Of a stretch of DNA of 64,000 bases, positions 39,797 through 49,555 are shown in pieces; positions within the stretch are counted from its first letter, which is position 1; each line of letters starts with the position of its first letter. The notes under the pieces were generated by a model. The model worked only from the letters and a program-made list of their open reading frames with translations, had not been told where the DNA came from and searched no databases. A program made the position numbers and the translations under genes. Source of the DNA: Bdellovibrionales bacterium. Its GTDB lineage: Bacteria > Bdellovibrionota > Bdellovibrionia > Bdellovibrionales > JAUICD01. The DNA is taken from contig CBDANC010000012.1 of the NCBI GenBank assembly GCA_965197425.1, positions 64,001 to 128,000 of the forward strand, given 5' to 3'.

Positions 39797-41194
39797 TTAT
39801 AATCTGTTAAGTAATTTTTGGTATATATTTCCAAATCCACCATTACTCATAATTAACACTATATCGTTGGGATTAGCATTTTGTAAAATTATAGAAATTG
39901 CTGCTTCAACATCTTTTGCCCTAAATGCAGAGACAACTCCAGAATTTTTAATATCATTAACTAGCAACTCAGTATCCAACAAACTTGTGTCACTAGGTTT
40001 TGCTATTACATCACAAATAATGCAAAACTGTGAGTCACTAAAGGCTTTGAAATATTCTTTTTGAAACACACTCCCCCTGGATGTAAAAGATCTAGGCTCA
40101 AAAACTGAAATTACCTTTCCCTTACATTGTTGTTGAAAAGCATCAATAGCATGTTTAACAGCTGTGGGGTGATGTGCAAAATCATCAATGATTGTGATCT
40201 TGTTTTTTACTCCTACTACCTCAGCCCTTCTTTTTACACCTTTAAAACTCAAAAAAGCTTTTTTGATGGATTGTGAAGAAAGCCTTAACTTTTTTGATAA
40301 AATATAAACCGCAGTTGCATTTAAAATATTATGCCTACCAAACATTTTTAATTCTATTGTTTCCTTAGAATTATTATGGTTTATGGAAAACTGTACACCT
40401 TTATTTTTTATGCAAATATCCTCAATCACATAATCTGCATTTTCAAATCCATAAGTTATGGCTTTGGTATTTGCCTTTTCCAAAACGCCCAATACATTTT
40501 TATCAGCATAAGCCACAATCAACCCATCTTTTTGAATTTTTAGAAGCGATAAAAATGCACTCTTAACCGCATCAATGTTGGGGTAAATATCTTGGTGATC
40601 AAATTCTATAGAAGTTAAAATTAAATGGTTGGGTTTATAGTGCATAAATTTAGGAATTTTATCAAAAAATGCACTGTCATACTCATCACCCTCTATAACA
40701 AAATATTCAGCTCCAATACTTGTTTTAAGTTGCTTAGAAAAATTATTACACACACCACCTATAAAAAAATCTACATTTTTATTAGAAGAATCCAAAACCC
40801 AAGACATAAGCGAAGCGATAGAAGTCTTGCCATGAGTTCCTGCTATTACAATATTTTTGGTTTCAGACATAAACGATTCACCTACCAGGCTGGCAAAACT
40901 GGTATAAGCAATATTACTGGATAAAAGAGCCCTTGATTCTTCATAGTTTTTTGTCATCACATTTCCAACAACCACAAGATCAGGGTTATGAGATAAATTT
41001 TCTCTTTTAAAACCTTGCATAATATCAATACCAGCATCAGCTAATCTGAGAGACATTGGAGGATATACATCTGTGTCACTACCTGTAACTTTAAAACCCA
41101 AATTTTTAAGTTCACAAGCAAGGCTTGCCATGGCAGTACCACAAACTCCCATGATATGAACCTTTGAACCTTTTTTTAAATCTCGTACATTCAT
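39797..41194 (-). CDS. mpl: Murein peptide ligase Mpl (MurC-like)
   Basis: GVCGTAMASLA, YPPMS, AGTHGKTS, EGDEYDSAFFDK, DDFAHHPTA, FEPRS, MSNGGFG. Confidence 0.9.
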   Translation of the reverse strand: MNVRDLKKGSKVHIMGVCGTAMASLACELKNLGFKVTGSDTDVYPPMSLRLADAGIDIMQGFKRENLSHNPDLVVVGNVMTKNYEESRALLSSNIAYTSFASLVGESFMSETKNIVIAGTHGKTSIASLMSWVLDSSNKNVDFFIGGVCNNFSKQLKTSIGAEYFVIEGDEYDSAFFDKIPKFMHYKPNHLILTSIEFDHQDIYPNIDAVKSAFLSLLKIQKDGLIVAYADKNVLGVLEKANTKAITYGFENADYVIEDICIKNKGVQFSINHNNSKETIELKMFGRHNILNATAVYILSKKLRLSSQSIKKAFLSFKGVKRRAEVVGVKNKITIIDDFAHHPTAVKHAIDAFQQQCKGKVISVFEPRSFTSRGSVFQKEYFKAFSDSQFCIICDVIAKPSDTSLLDTELLVNDIKNSGVVSAFRAKDVEAAISIILQNANPNDIVLIMSNGGFGNIYQKLLNRL

Positions 41195-42183
41195 GTACTA
41201 ATTAACTCAACTATTTTATCGTGAATTTTAGATCTTAAAGGGGCAAATAAAGCTTTTCTTTTTGCTTGAAGCCTGTTGGATAATATCACTACACCTATAT
41301 CGAGCTTGGGATCAAACCACATAGACGTTCCAGTAAAACCAAGATGACCAAAAGCATCTTTCATGTACTTACCACAGCTAGCAGTACCATCTAAAGCCGG
41401 TTTCATAAAACCAAGCCCCCAATCTGCAATATGACTTTTTGTAAAATAAGAAATTTCATTTAAAACACCATCACCCAATAAAGACTCTCTTAAAATAAGC
41501 ATCCACAAAGATACGGCATCAATAGTCCCAAATAAACCAGCATGAGTCGATACACCATCCAAGATATAAGTATTAGCATCATTAACCACACCCTCTGAAA
41601 CCTGACCCCGCAAAGGACACATGCCACAAGGAGCTGAGTTGTCTAAAGGCTTATTTTTTACATTGAAATCAAGGGAGTCTAAATTAAGTTCATCTTTTAC
41701 TTTAAGCCATGATTGATAAGTATCTATTTTATCTAATTTTTCTATGACATCCATTAAAACTAAAAATCCAATATCGCTGTATGTAGTTTTTCCTGGAGTT
41801 GGTTTTTCCAGTGATATGATTTTTTTTATTTGTTCCCAGTTTGAGGTTCTATTGATGATGTCTATTTTTTTGTAAAATTGTTTATTGGACTTAAATCCAG
41901 CAGAGTGTGTTAGGAGTTTACGAGAGGTCAGGTCAAAGTCAAAATCTGTAAATTCATTGATTGGTCTGGTTTCATCAAAAATTGTTGCTTGCCTTAGCAT
42001 CATAAGTCTTGTGGTGGTAAATATAACTTTTGTAAGGCTTGCTAGATCATAGAACTTATAATCTTTGCCATGAGTAATATCTATTTTTTTCTTTCCTCTG
42101 TGATAGGCCTGTATTTTAATACTTGGAGCAGTTAGATTGGCCTCTTGTTCGGTTAAAAAAGTTTCTAATTGTTTTTGTTGCAT
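41191..42183 (-). CDS. Serine hydrolase, beta-lactamase family
   Basis: DLASLTK (SxxK), LLTHSAG, YSDIGF, HAGLFG, GHLGFTGTS. Confidence 0.88.
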   Translation of the reverse strand: MQQKQLETFLTEQEANLTAPSIKIQAYHRGKKKIDITHGKDYKFYDLASLTKVIFTTTRLMMLRQATIFDETRPINEFTDFDFDLTSRKLLTHSAGFKSNKQFYKKIDIINRTSNWEQIKKIISLEKPTPGKTTYSDIGFLVLMDVIEKLDKIDTYQSWLKVKDELNLDSLDFNVKNKPLDNSAPCGMCPLRGQVSEGVVNDANTYILDGVSTHAGLFGTIDAVSLWMLILRESLLGDGVLNEISYFTKSHIADWGLGFMKPALDGTASCGKYMKDAFGHLGFTGTSMWFDPKLDIGVVILSNRLQAKRKALFAPLRSKIHDKIVELIST

Positions 42184-42196
42184 GGTGGATTAGGTT

Positions 42197-43093
42197 TTAC
42201 TTTAAAGATAATGATAAGCTGGGAATCTTTCCGGTTTCAAGTGTTGTTGTGGTATTAAAGGGTAAGATTTCCTGAGTTTTTCTATCATGCCCAACTTTTA
42301 ACCCACCTACAACACAAAAGGGTACTTTTTTAAAAAACAAATCAATTACCTTCTTGATATTTTTATCAGTTTTGTGAATAAAATCACCCAAAATCACTGC
42401 TTTTATATTATCAAAAATCCCGGCATTTAGCATGTGGTATAACATTCTATCTATTTTGTAGGCTTCCTCATTTACATCTTCTAAAAACAAAATTTTAGCT
42501 TTAGTCTTAATCTGCCAAGGAGTACCTATAGATCCTATTAAAGTACATAAATTTCCCCCTACAATTTTACCAGTTATAGATGTTTTTTTCCTACAAGCTG
42601 AATTTATAGGTTTTAAGTTTCTGAAGTTTAAAATTTTTGTTTTCCCCTCTAATATATCCATAAGTTTCGCAAACTCTTCCTTATGTTTTTTCTCACTTAA
42701 TCTTTCCAACATGGGGCTATAGAGTGTTTTAAAGCCATAATTATTAAGTAGTATGTGTATAATTGTAGCGTCACTAGAGCCTATAAATATTTTCTTACTT
42801 GGTTTAGGCCACTTTAAAAAATCCTGCGCCAGATGAATTACGCCGTAACCACCTCTTAATGAAAATATAGCCTTTGAGTTAGAGTAAAGTGCTTTTTTAA
42901 AACCCAAAATACGATTTTGCTTTGAGCTTGCAAATAAAAAATCTTTTTTTAATATATCTTTTTGTACTTTTGGTTTAAAACCTTGAGCTTTTAATAAGTT
43001 TACAGCTTTTGTTAACTTGATTTTGCTACATGAAAAAGACGGGGCAATAATATCTATTAAATCTCCTTTTTTTAGCTTCATATTAAGATCCAT
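42197..43093 (-). CDS. ldcA: LD-carboxypeptidase (S66)
   Basis: RGGYG, IGSSDAT, GGNL, LEDVNE, GH. Confidence 0.9.
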   Translation of the reverse strand: MDLNMKLKKGDLIDIIAPSFSCSKIKLTKAVNLLKAQGFKPKVQKDILKKDFLFASSKQNRILGFKKALYSNSKAIFSLRGGYGVIHLAQDFLKWPKPSKKIFIGSSDATIIHILLNNYGFKTLYSPMLERLSEKKHKEEFAKLMDILEGKTKILNFRNLKPINSACRKKTSITGKIVGGNLCTLIGSIGTPWQIKTKAKILFLEDVNEEAYKIDRMLYHMLNAGIFDNIKAVILGDFIHKTDKNIKKVIDLFFKKVPFCVVGGLKVGHDRKTQEILPFNTTTTLETGKIPSLSLSLK

Positions 43094-43106
43094 CTAGTAA
43101 TTAATT

Positions 43107-44009
43107 TTATGCACTTGGTGGCTTTATCATTTTGTAGAAGTAAAGTTTTCCTCTATCATTTGTCAGATCACCTACATGATTGTTTTTGAAGTTGATATTT
43201 ATGGAACTTTCTATATCCCAATACGGATCTCTGGTTATACAAGCTGACTCACGGCTATTAAAGCAGTACGTATGTTTGTCTCTTGGATGATTTGTTAAGT
43301 AATACCTCGAGGTGAAAGTTATTGATGCACCCGCTGCCCTGTTACTTCCTCCAGCTTGAGATGATTCAAAGTTGAATCTCACAATATTGTCAAATGCTAT
43401 GGACTTTTCAAATCTTCTAATATCAGTGGCAGTAGGGGTTCTGCTCTTAATTTCATAAATAACTTTGCCTGAGTTATCCGACAAACCACTGCGCTCATCA
43501 CCGCCATAGACTATATGTAGCTTTCCTCCTGATTCTATTCTGGGTGCCTCAAAAAATATAGCACTTGCTTCATACTTCATCTCCTCAACACCCCCTAAAG
43601 AACCCGAATCCGGATAGCCGGTTTGTCTGTTAAAAACTGCTATTGCCTCTGGATCTGGAGTAGTAAAACATACATGATCACCACATGAATCACATCCATT
43701 ACAGATATACTCTTTAATAATGGTTGAGGTATCGAGGGTCGCATTGTTCCCTGCGGCTTCAGTGAAATCAGTATCAATGTGGTGTGTGACATTTAGTGAG
43801 TCGGATTGAGACAACATACCTTTAAGATAATAAGTTATCCACATTATTTCTTCTTCTATCGCATTTTTGCGTACAATTGTTTGGAATTGATTTGTGGCGA
43901 ACATATACACTGAGGCCATACCTAGTAGGACCAAACCAATTAATACGGCAGAGATCATGGACTCTATCAGGGTAAATCCAGAATTGTTAGAGCTAGGTTG
44001 TATGCTCAT
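43107..44009 (-). CDS. Prepilin-type N-terminal cleavage/methylation domain protein
   Basis: G|FTLIESMISAVLIGLVLLG. Confidence 0.85.
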   Translation of the reverse strand: MSIQPSSNNSGFTLIESMISAVLIGLVLLGMASVYMFATNQFQTIVRKNAIEEEIMWITYYLKGMLSQSDSLNVTHHIDTDFTEAAGNNATLDTSTIIKEYICNGCDSCGDHVCFTTPDPEAIAVFNRQTGYPDSGSLGGVEEMKYEASAIFFEAPRIESGGKLHIVYGGDERSGLSDNSGKVIYEIKSRTPTATDIRRFEKSIAFDNIVRFNFESSQAGGSNRAAGASITFTSRYYLTNHPRDKHTYCFNSRESACITRDPYWDIESSININFKNNHVGDLTNDRGKLYFYKMIKPPSA

Positions 44010-44024
44010 ATTTAAACCTCTTAT

Positions 44025-45044
44025 TTATGGTTCTCTTGCTAAGTAGGAAGTAGCCGGCAAACCCATTTTGTAAAACAATATCTTACCATAGGTTCCAGCT
44101 CTTACTACCACTTCATCAGGCCCAGAAATTTGCACGATATTCTCATAGTCCTCAAAAATATTATTTCGAAGATTAACCTGCACCTTATGTTGTATGTCTC
44201 TCCAATTTACATTAGTGTCACAAGCTTTTGGATCGTCCGGATCTACTGGGTAACCTGATTTATTTGGGTCATCTGCGCCAGCAACACAATACCTATGGCC
44301 TCTATCCTCACCTGAACCTTTTTTCGAGCTTGTCAAAAAGTACCTAGAGTGAAGGGTAATATCTACTAACATAGAGTCGTCTACACTAGGATCTGGCACT
44401 TTTTGTATATCAATTTCAAGCCCCGCTAATTTAAATCCCAGGGAATATTCTTGGACTTCAACTATAGCATTATCTGAAAGCGACAGGTTACATGCTGTAT
44501 CATGCAGGCTCGGAACTTGTGCTAAAGTAATACTTGCCTTGCCTAAGGAAAATACAATACATAGTACTCCAGGTTTGTTGGCATAAGGCTCTATATAATA
44601 CAGGTAACTTTTATGTTCGTTATCTCCAACATTTGAAGCAGCTTTTTCAATCTCAACACCACTACCAACCACTTTTGCAAAACCAATCATTCTATCTGTT
44701 AAGATGGAAGCTATTTTAACCCTACCATTATCCTTATCATCTTTAGTGTGGCCACAAGTAGCGCCACCATCCCATATAGGACAAGAATAGCTAGAATCGG
44801 ACCCTGCCATATTATAATAATTTATTTTGAGTTTTTTATTCATTGACTGAGTAAACATTGACTGAAGGTGGTAGCCCATCCACTGTAGTTCTTGTTGTGT
44901 TTGACTCTGTAACACTAAAGTAGAAAATTGTCTCATGGTGAAGATAAAAAGTGATCCGATAGTTATGGCAACAATTCCACTTATTGCAGATGCTACCAGT
45001 ATTTCTATTAAAGTCAGACCAGACTGCCTGTTACTTTTACCCAT
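44025..45044 (-). CDS. Prepilin-type N-terminal cleavage/methylation domain protein
   Basis: MGKSNRQSG|LTLIEILVASAISG; start moved to ATG 45044. Confidence 0.85.
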   Translation of the reverse strand: MGKSNRQSGLTLIEILVASAISGIVAITIGSLFIFTMRQFSTLVLQSQTQQELQWMGYHLQSMFTQSMNKKLKINYYNMAGSDSSYSCPIWDGGATCGHTKDDKDNGRVKIASILTDRMIGFAKVVGSGVEIEKAASNVGDNEHKSYLYYIEPYANKPGVLCIVFSLGKASITLAQVPSLHDTACNLSLSDNAIVEVQEYSLGFKLAGLEIDIQKVPDPSVDDSMLVDITLHSRYFLTSSKKGSGEDRGHRYCVAGADDPNKSGYPVDPDDPKACDTNVNWRDIQHKVQVNLRNNIFEDYENIVQISGPDEVVVRAGTYGKILFYKMGLPATSYLAREP

Positions 45045-45184
45045 AACATCTATCCTACCACAGACAAACTTCTCAAAAAAGAGTACATGAAGCACACTGT
45101 GGGATTAATCAGCAAAAGCCACTAGCTAGGTAATCAGTAGGACACGAAAACCTAGCAAACACTAGTTTTAAGGTGTTTATAAAA

Positions 45185-45517
45185 TTATCTGATAATTGCG
45201 GTGTCCTTAATAACACTGCTACCTTGAGGCATTTGCTCTTCAGCATTAACATCAGCCTCATTAGTAGGACTAGCATTGTTATTGTTGGACGCTGATGCAT
45301 CCACAAAACCAGCTTTAGGCATGCACCATACAATCAACTGAGCACGAGAACGAAGAGTCATTTTTTTGTATATGTTAGTAAGATGAAACTTCACAGTCTT
45401 CTCAGTTACAAACAGTCTGCTAGCAACCTCTTTATTCGACAGCCCATTAGTTACTAACTCAGCCACCTCAGCTTCCCTATTTGAAAGCCCTTTTTTTATT
45501 AGGACATCTCTGAGCAT
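45185..45517 (-). CDS. Stand-alone LuxR-type HTH regulator
   Basis: LSNREAEVAELVTNGLSNKEVASRLFVTEKTVKFHLTNIYKK. Confidence 0.9.
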   Translation of the reverse strand: MLRDVLIKKGLSNREAEVAELVTNGLSNKEVASRLFVTEKTVKFHLTNIYKKMTLRSRAQLIVWCMPKAGFVDASASNNNNASPTNEADVNAEEQMPQGSSVIKDTAIIR

Positions 45518-45707
45518 TCTAGTTTCCCCCTTCTTTTAACAAATCAAAAAAAACAACTACTAATAAAAGGATGCACAGAAACCATTCTTGAATCAACATA
45601 AGAAAAACAAATAACTCAAAACTAGACTAAACGAGTCAAGACTAAGGTCAGATATAAACTTTATGAGACTTTGCTTACTTTATAAGAAGTAAAATGAATT
45701 GTGTTTC

Positions 45708-46250
45708 TTAGGATTGAATATAAAAAACATACTTAATACTATATCTGCCTTCAGAAATTTTAGTGTAAACTTCAATTGGGTTTCCAGAGAATTCCAATTT
45801 ATTATCCTGAACAAACTTATCTATTTTTGGATAAACTTTTAAAGGTCCTACAGCAGGAGAGCCTTCAAAATCCACAATTAATGCCCTTTTATTAGGAAAA
45901 TTTTTGGTCTTAAATGGTATATCAATGTTAGGGAGGGTTTCTAGCAGACAACCAGCATGGCTTCTTAGATTGGAAGCTTCAGTTTCTTTAGGATCATCTA
46001 AGTATTCACCAAAAGTAACAATACAAGCTATTGAATTTTCATTAGCCCAATCCTCAACCTTAGCTATGCTCCGATTAATTTTGTGATACTCTCCCTCATG
46101 CTCAGTATAGATAGCATTTATACCACCCCATCTACTATCTACTATCTCAACCTTCTTAAATACACCTATGCTAATAGACACAGTTAAGATCAAGCTAATA
46201 AATACAACAAAAATAAATAACAAATATGCCCAAATAGGTAGCTTCTTCAT
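45708..46250 (-). CDS. Membrane-anchored GyrI-like domain protein
   Basis: N-terminal TM segment; HEGEYHKI, YLDDP, GSPAVGPLKVYP, PIEVY. Confidence 0.7.
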   Translation of the reverse strand: MKKLPIWAYLLFIFVVFISLILTVSISIGVFKKVEIVDSRWGGINAIYTEHEGEYHKINRSIAKVEDWANENSIACIVTFGEYLDDPKETEASNLRSHAGCLLETLPNIDIPFKTKNFPNKRALIVDFEGSPAVGPLKVYPKIDKFVQDNKLEFSGNPIEVYTKISEGRYSIKYVFYIQS

Positions 46251-46317
46251 TTACATAACCTCTTTAAGCGTTATCCCCAGACAATACCTCACTCTCAGCT
46301 CCTTAAGTCAATCTAAT

Positions 46318-46575
46318 AGGTCTTTCCCGGAATGACCGATTGCCCGACTGCCTGATTAGATCTGGGATCTGGCATTCGGGGATCCGTTACCTGCATCCGC
46401 CACCAGGCACCTGTTTGCCAGATTGCCCGATTGCCTGACTGCCAGAATAACCGTGCCGTAGGCACAAACACATGCACCCGTAGGGTGCCGCCTTGCAGGC
46501 GGAGGCATTTAATGGTGGTTGAACATACACCGTGTTCTGTATTTCACCAGCCAAATACCTGCACCCGTAGGGTGC
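46318..46575. repeat. Family-2 mosaic repeat, locus K: 7/8-mer runs, four-helix-leader segment, GCACCC-GTA-GGGTGC hairpins, 24-bp unit at 46487-46510
   Basis: Shares long segments with 61530-61729 and 47478-47590, and in reverse with 39720-39794. Confidence 0.9.
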
Positions 46576-47432
46576 TAGTCTCTTTGTCCGAATCTTAGTT
46601 TTGATCTTAGTATTTCTAGTTGATTGGTATTGTGTGGTAGTAGCATATGGTGAAATTTATTTGAATGTTTGATTAAAATTTTATCTTTGTATGTTAAGTC
46701 AATTTGTCTGTATCCATCTATCATAAAGATAGCTTTTTGTTTTTCTTGTGTTAATTGAATTTGTATTTGGCTGGTATCTGGTATTGTGAGTGGTCTATTT
46801 GTTAGGCTGTGTGGGCAAATAGGTGTAATTACGGTTGCTGGTATTTCTGGGGTTAGTATAGGTCCTCCTGCTGATAGATTATAGGCAGTGGAACCAGTTG
46901 GAGTGGCCACTATTAAGCCATCTGCTTTCAGATCACAAAGCAAGGTATCATCTATTTTGATTGCCATGGATATAAGTCTACTAAAGCTACCTCTTTCAAA
47001 CACAATATCATTTAGAGCCAAAATTTTTCCATTACTGAATTTATCTTTAGAATTTATTAGGCTAATTTCTAGCATTGAGCGTTTGGATACAACAAGTTTA
47101 CCTTCTAATGCCTCAGTGATTACCTTAATTAAATTGTCTGATCTAGCTTGAGTTAAAAAACCTAAGGATCCCATGTTAATACCCAGAACAGGTATTTGAG
47201 TGTGAAATCCAAGCATTCTTACGGCATTTAGGTAGGTACCATCTCCACCTAATACTACAACAAGCTTAAGTTTTAGCAAAATTTTGTCAGTAAGTTTGGC
47301 AGTATCTTTAAGAGGGGTTTGTTCAGGATGATGATAACAAGTACAGCCTTTATTACTAAGCCATTTAACTATTTCAAAGGATTTATCTAAAACCTCAGGT
47401 TTATTGGGTCGGTATACTATCGCAATGTGCAT
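46575..47432 (-). CDS. nadK: NAD kinase
   Basis: LGGDGTYL, GINMGSLGFL, ALND, DGLIVATPTGSTAYNLSAGGP. Confidence 0.95.
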   Translation of the reverse strand: MHIAIVYRPNKPEVLDKSFEIVKWLSNKGCTCYHHPEQTPLKDTAKLTDKILLKLKLVVVLGGDGTYLNAVRMLGFHTQIPVLGINMGSLGFLTQARSDNLIKVITEALEGKLVVSKRSMLEISLINSKDKFSNGKILALNDIVFERGSFSRLISMAIKIDDTLLCDLKADGLIVATPTGSTAYNLSAGGPILTPEIPATVITPICPHSLTNRPLTIPDTSQIQIQLTQEKQKAIFMIDGYRQIDLTYKDKILIKHSNKFHHMLLPHNTNQLEILRSKLRFGQRD

Positions 47433-47477
47433 AAAAATCCACTAATACACCAATTATAAAAACACAACCTTTTTATA

Positions 47478-47590
47478 CCACCGCCCTACAGACGGAAGTA
47501 TTTAATAGTGGTTGCACACACCACATTTCGTATTTCACCAGTTAAACACCCATACCCGTAGGGTGCTAGTCACCGGCACCCGTAGGGTGT
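47478..47590. repeat. Family-2 mosaic repeat, locus L
   Basis: Degenerate 24-bp unit at 47480-47503, GTATTTCACCAG, two CCCGTAGGGTG hairpins. Confidence 0.85.
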
Positions 47591-48423
47591 GGAGGAATGT
47601 AGGATAGGCTTTCAATTAGTTGGAAGGTGAAGTTGCCGCTTGGTGCTTGGTTGGTGATAGCTCCGACACTTACATAGTTTATATCCATTGAGGCAAGTTC
47701 TGAAACTCTATCTGGGCTTATTATACCGGTTACTTCTTTTTCAATTGTAGGCGGAATAATTTTAAGTGCTTTTTGTATATTTTTGTTTGGCATATCCATA
47801 ATTACTCTATCTACTTCAAAATCAATTGCTATTTTAACTTCATCTAGGTTGGTCACTTCTACATGTATAGGTAGGTCTTTATTTTTTGTTACAATCTTCA
47901 AAACTTTTTTTAGGTCGTTATCTAGCGCAACTATGTGATTTTTTTTCACAAAAATTGAGTTACTGCGATTGTTGATAGTATTATGTCCGCCCCCAGCTAC
48001 TACTGCTTTTTTTTCAAGTTCTCTTAAAAGTGGCCTATTTTCGTTGGTATCTAGCAGTTTTATTTTATCTTTGAGTACTTCTTTATAGCATTTGGTAAAA
48101 GTGGTGATACCCGTTAGATGGCTTAAAAAGTTCAGGGCAACTTGACTTGCGAAGAGCATTTTTGTAATTGTACCTTCAATCAGACAGACTGTCTGATCTT
48201 GCAAGACAATATCTCCGTCTTTAAATTTCCAAGAAACTTTGGCATCTGGATCATTATATTTTATGCAACTTTCAAAGACACTACATCCAAATACCACTAG
48301 GTCTCCCAGTGCCTGAACTTTTGCAATTCCTACGACACCATCTAATTTAAGTAAAGTTGCGGTTTTGTCTTCGTAGGCATCCTCTAGATATGCAATTCTT
48401 ATCAAGGATTCTAAGGATTCCAA
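47566..48423 (-). CDS. nadC: Quinolinate phosphoribosyltransferase-like protein with degenerate active site
   Basis: Fold motifs present (ALNFLSHLTGITT, LEKKAVVAGGG, KKNHI, VEV..LDE, YVSVGAIT); several catalytic residues replaced. Confidence 0.8.
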   Translation of the reverse strand: MESLESLIRIAYLEDAYEDKTATLLKLDGVVGIAKVQALGDLVVFGCSVFESCIKYNDPDAKVSWKFKDGDIVLQDQTVCLIEGTITKMLFASQVALNFLSHLTGITTFTKCYKEVLKDKIKLLDTNENRPLLRELEKKAVVAGGGHNTINNRSNSIFVKKNHIVALDNDLKKVLKIVTKNKDLPIHVEVTNLDEVKIAIDFEVDRVIMDMPNKNIQKALKIIPPTIEKEVTGIISPDRVSELASMDINYVSVGAITNQAPSGNFTFQLIESLSYIPPHPTGAGD

Positions 48424-48426
48424 CTA

Positions 48427-49245
48427 TTATTCATCCATTTTTGAATCGGCCATTAGCTTTCTAAGCTCTTCTTTTACATACCTGGTGACAATATTAGGAA
48501 GTAGTTTTCTTACTATATCTCTGGTGGTGTTTTCTAAAATTTCTATTTGTTCATCGCGAGATACTCTAGTGTCTAGGTTAGCATCCAGACCATCATTAAT
48601 ACTGTCTATGGGATTAAAATCAGTACTTGAAAAAATATTACCCCCCTCTAGAGTCTCTGTTTTAGCTTGTTCATAATCAGGGGGTTTTTGGCAGTCTGTG
48701 CTGTTATTCTCAAATCTATATGATTTATCAAGGCTAAAATCAGTCTTTTTTAAGTTTGGATGATTTGAATTTCTAGAACCAATACTTGAAAGCGGTACAT
48801 TAGAAAAGTCATCTATATTTTGGGGTCTACTAAATGTATGTTCAGTGTGTGATTGGTTAGTTGTTTCATGAATGGGATTTTGATCTATGTTAAATAGATT
48901 TTTCATAATTTCTTTTAATGATTTTATATCGAATGGTTTTTTTAGGTTTGCGTCAGCTTTTGATTGTAAAAATCTCGCTTCATCTAGCTTTAAAAAGCTA
49001 CTGGTCATAATTACAACTTTGGTATTTTCTAAAAGTTTTTCTGATTTAATTTTTTCAGAAACTGTATAACCATCTTCATGCTCTAGTAGAACATCTACAA
49101 ATATTATGTTGGGGTTTAACTTGATAGCCTCTTCCAGGATATTGGAAGTTACTTTAGTTACGGTAGTTTTGTAGTCTCTTAACCCCAGCTCTAGTGCTTT
49201 TTTTACACTATCGCTGCTGTCAGCTAAAAGCACACTTAGCGTCAT
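48427..49245 (-). CDS. RomR-like response regulator (REC, linker, helical C-terminal domain)
   Basis: VLLAD, IFVDVLL, LKKPF; the C-terminus LLPNIVTRYVKEELRKLM resembles the RomR C-terminal region as I recall it. Confidence 0.7.
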   Translation of the reverse strand: MTLSVLLADSSDSVKKALELGLRDYKTTVTKVTSNILEEAIKLNPNIIFVDVLLEHEDGYTVSEKIKSEKLLENTKVVIMTSSFLKLDEARFLQSKADANLKKPFDIKSLKEIMKNLFNIDQNPIHETTNQSHTEHTFSRPQNIDDFSNVPLSSIGSRNSNHPNLKKTDFSLDKSYRFENNSTDCQKPPDYEQAKTETLEGGNIFSSTDFNPIDSINDGLDANLDTRVSRDEQIEILENTTRDIVRKLLPNIVTRYVKEELRKLMADSKMDE

Positions 49246-49555
49246 GGCGCTAGTAAACGACCAATTAATCCACTAGTCAAGAAGTAACAACTCTCTATAG
49301 CAAATTGTGCGCCTTACGAACACAAAGTGGCAGTTGGCAAGGTTTTTTGCCGTAAAGAATAGCTGTCTTTGAGGGTTATCTATTACAATAGTGCTTTAGT
49401 TTTAGCGTACGCATTAGTACAGAAGATGTTTCACTTATAGCTCTAACCTCCTACAAGCTACTTGTATATACCAAGTGTATTCATTATTTATATTGATGAA
49501 TATGAGGATAATGTTAAATTAAGAGGACATAGAGATATTAGAAAAAAGGGAGGCC

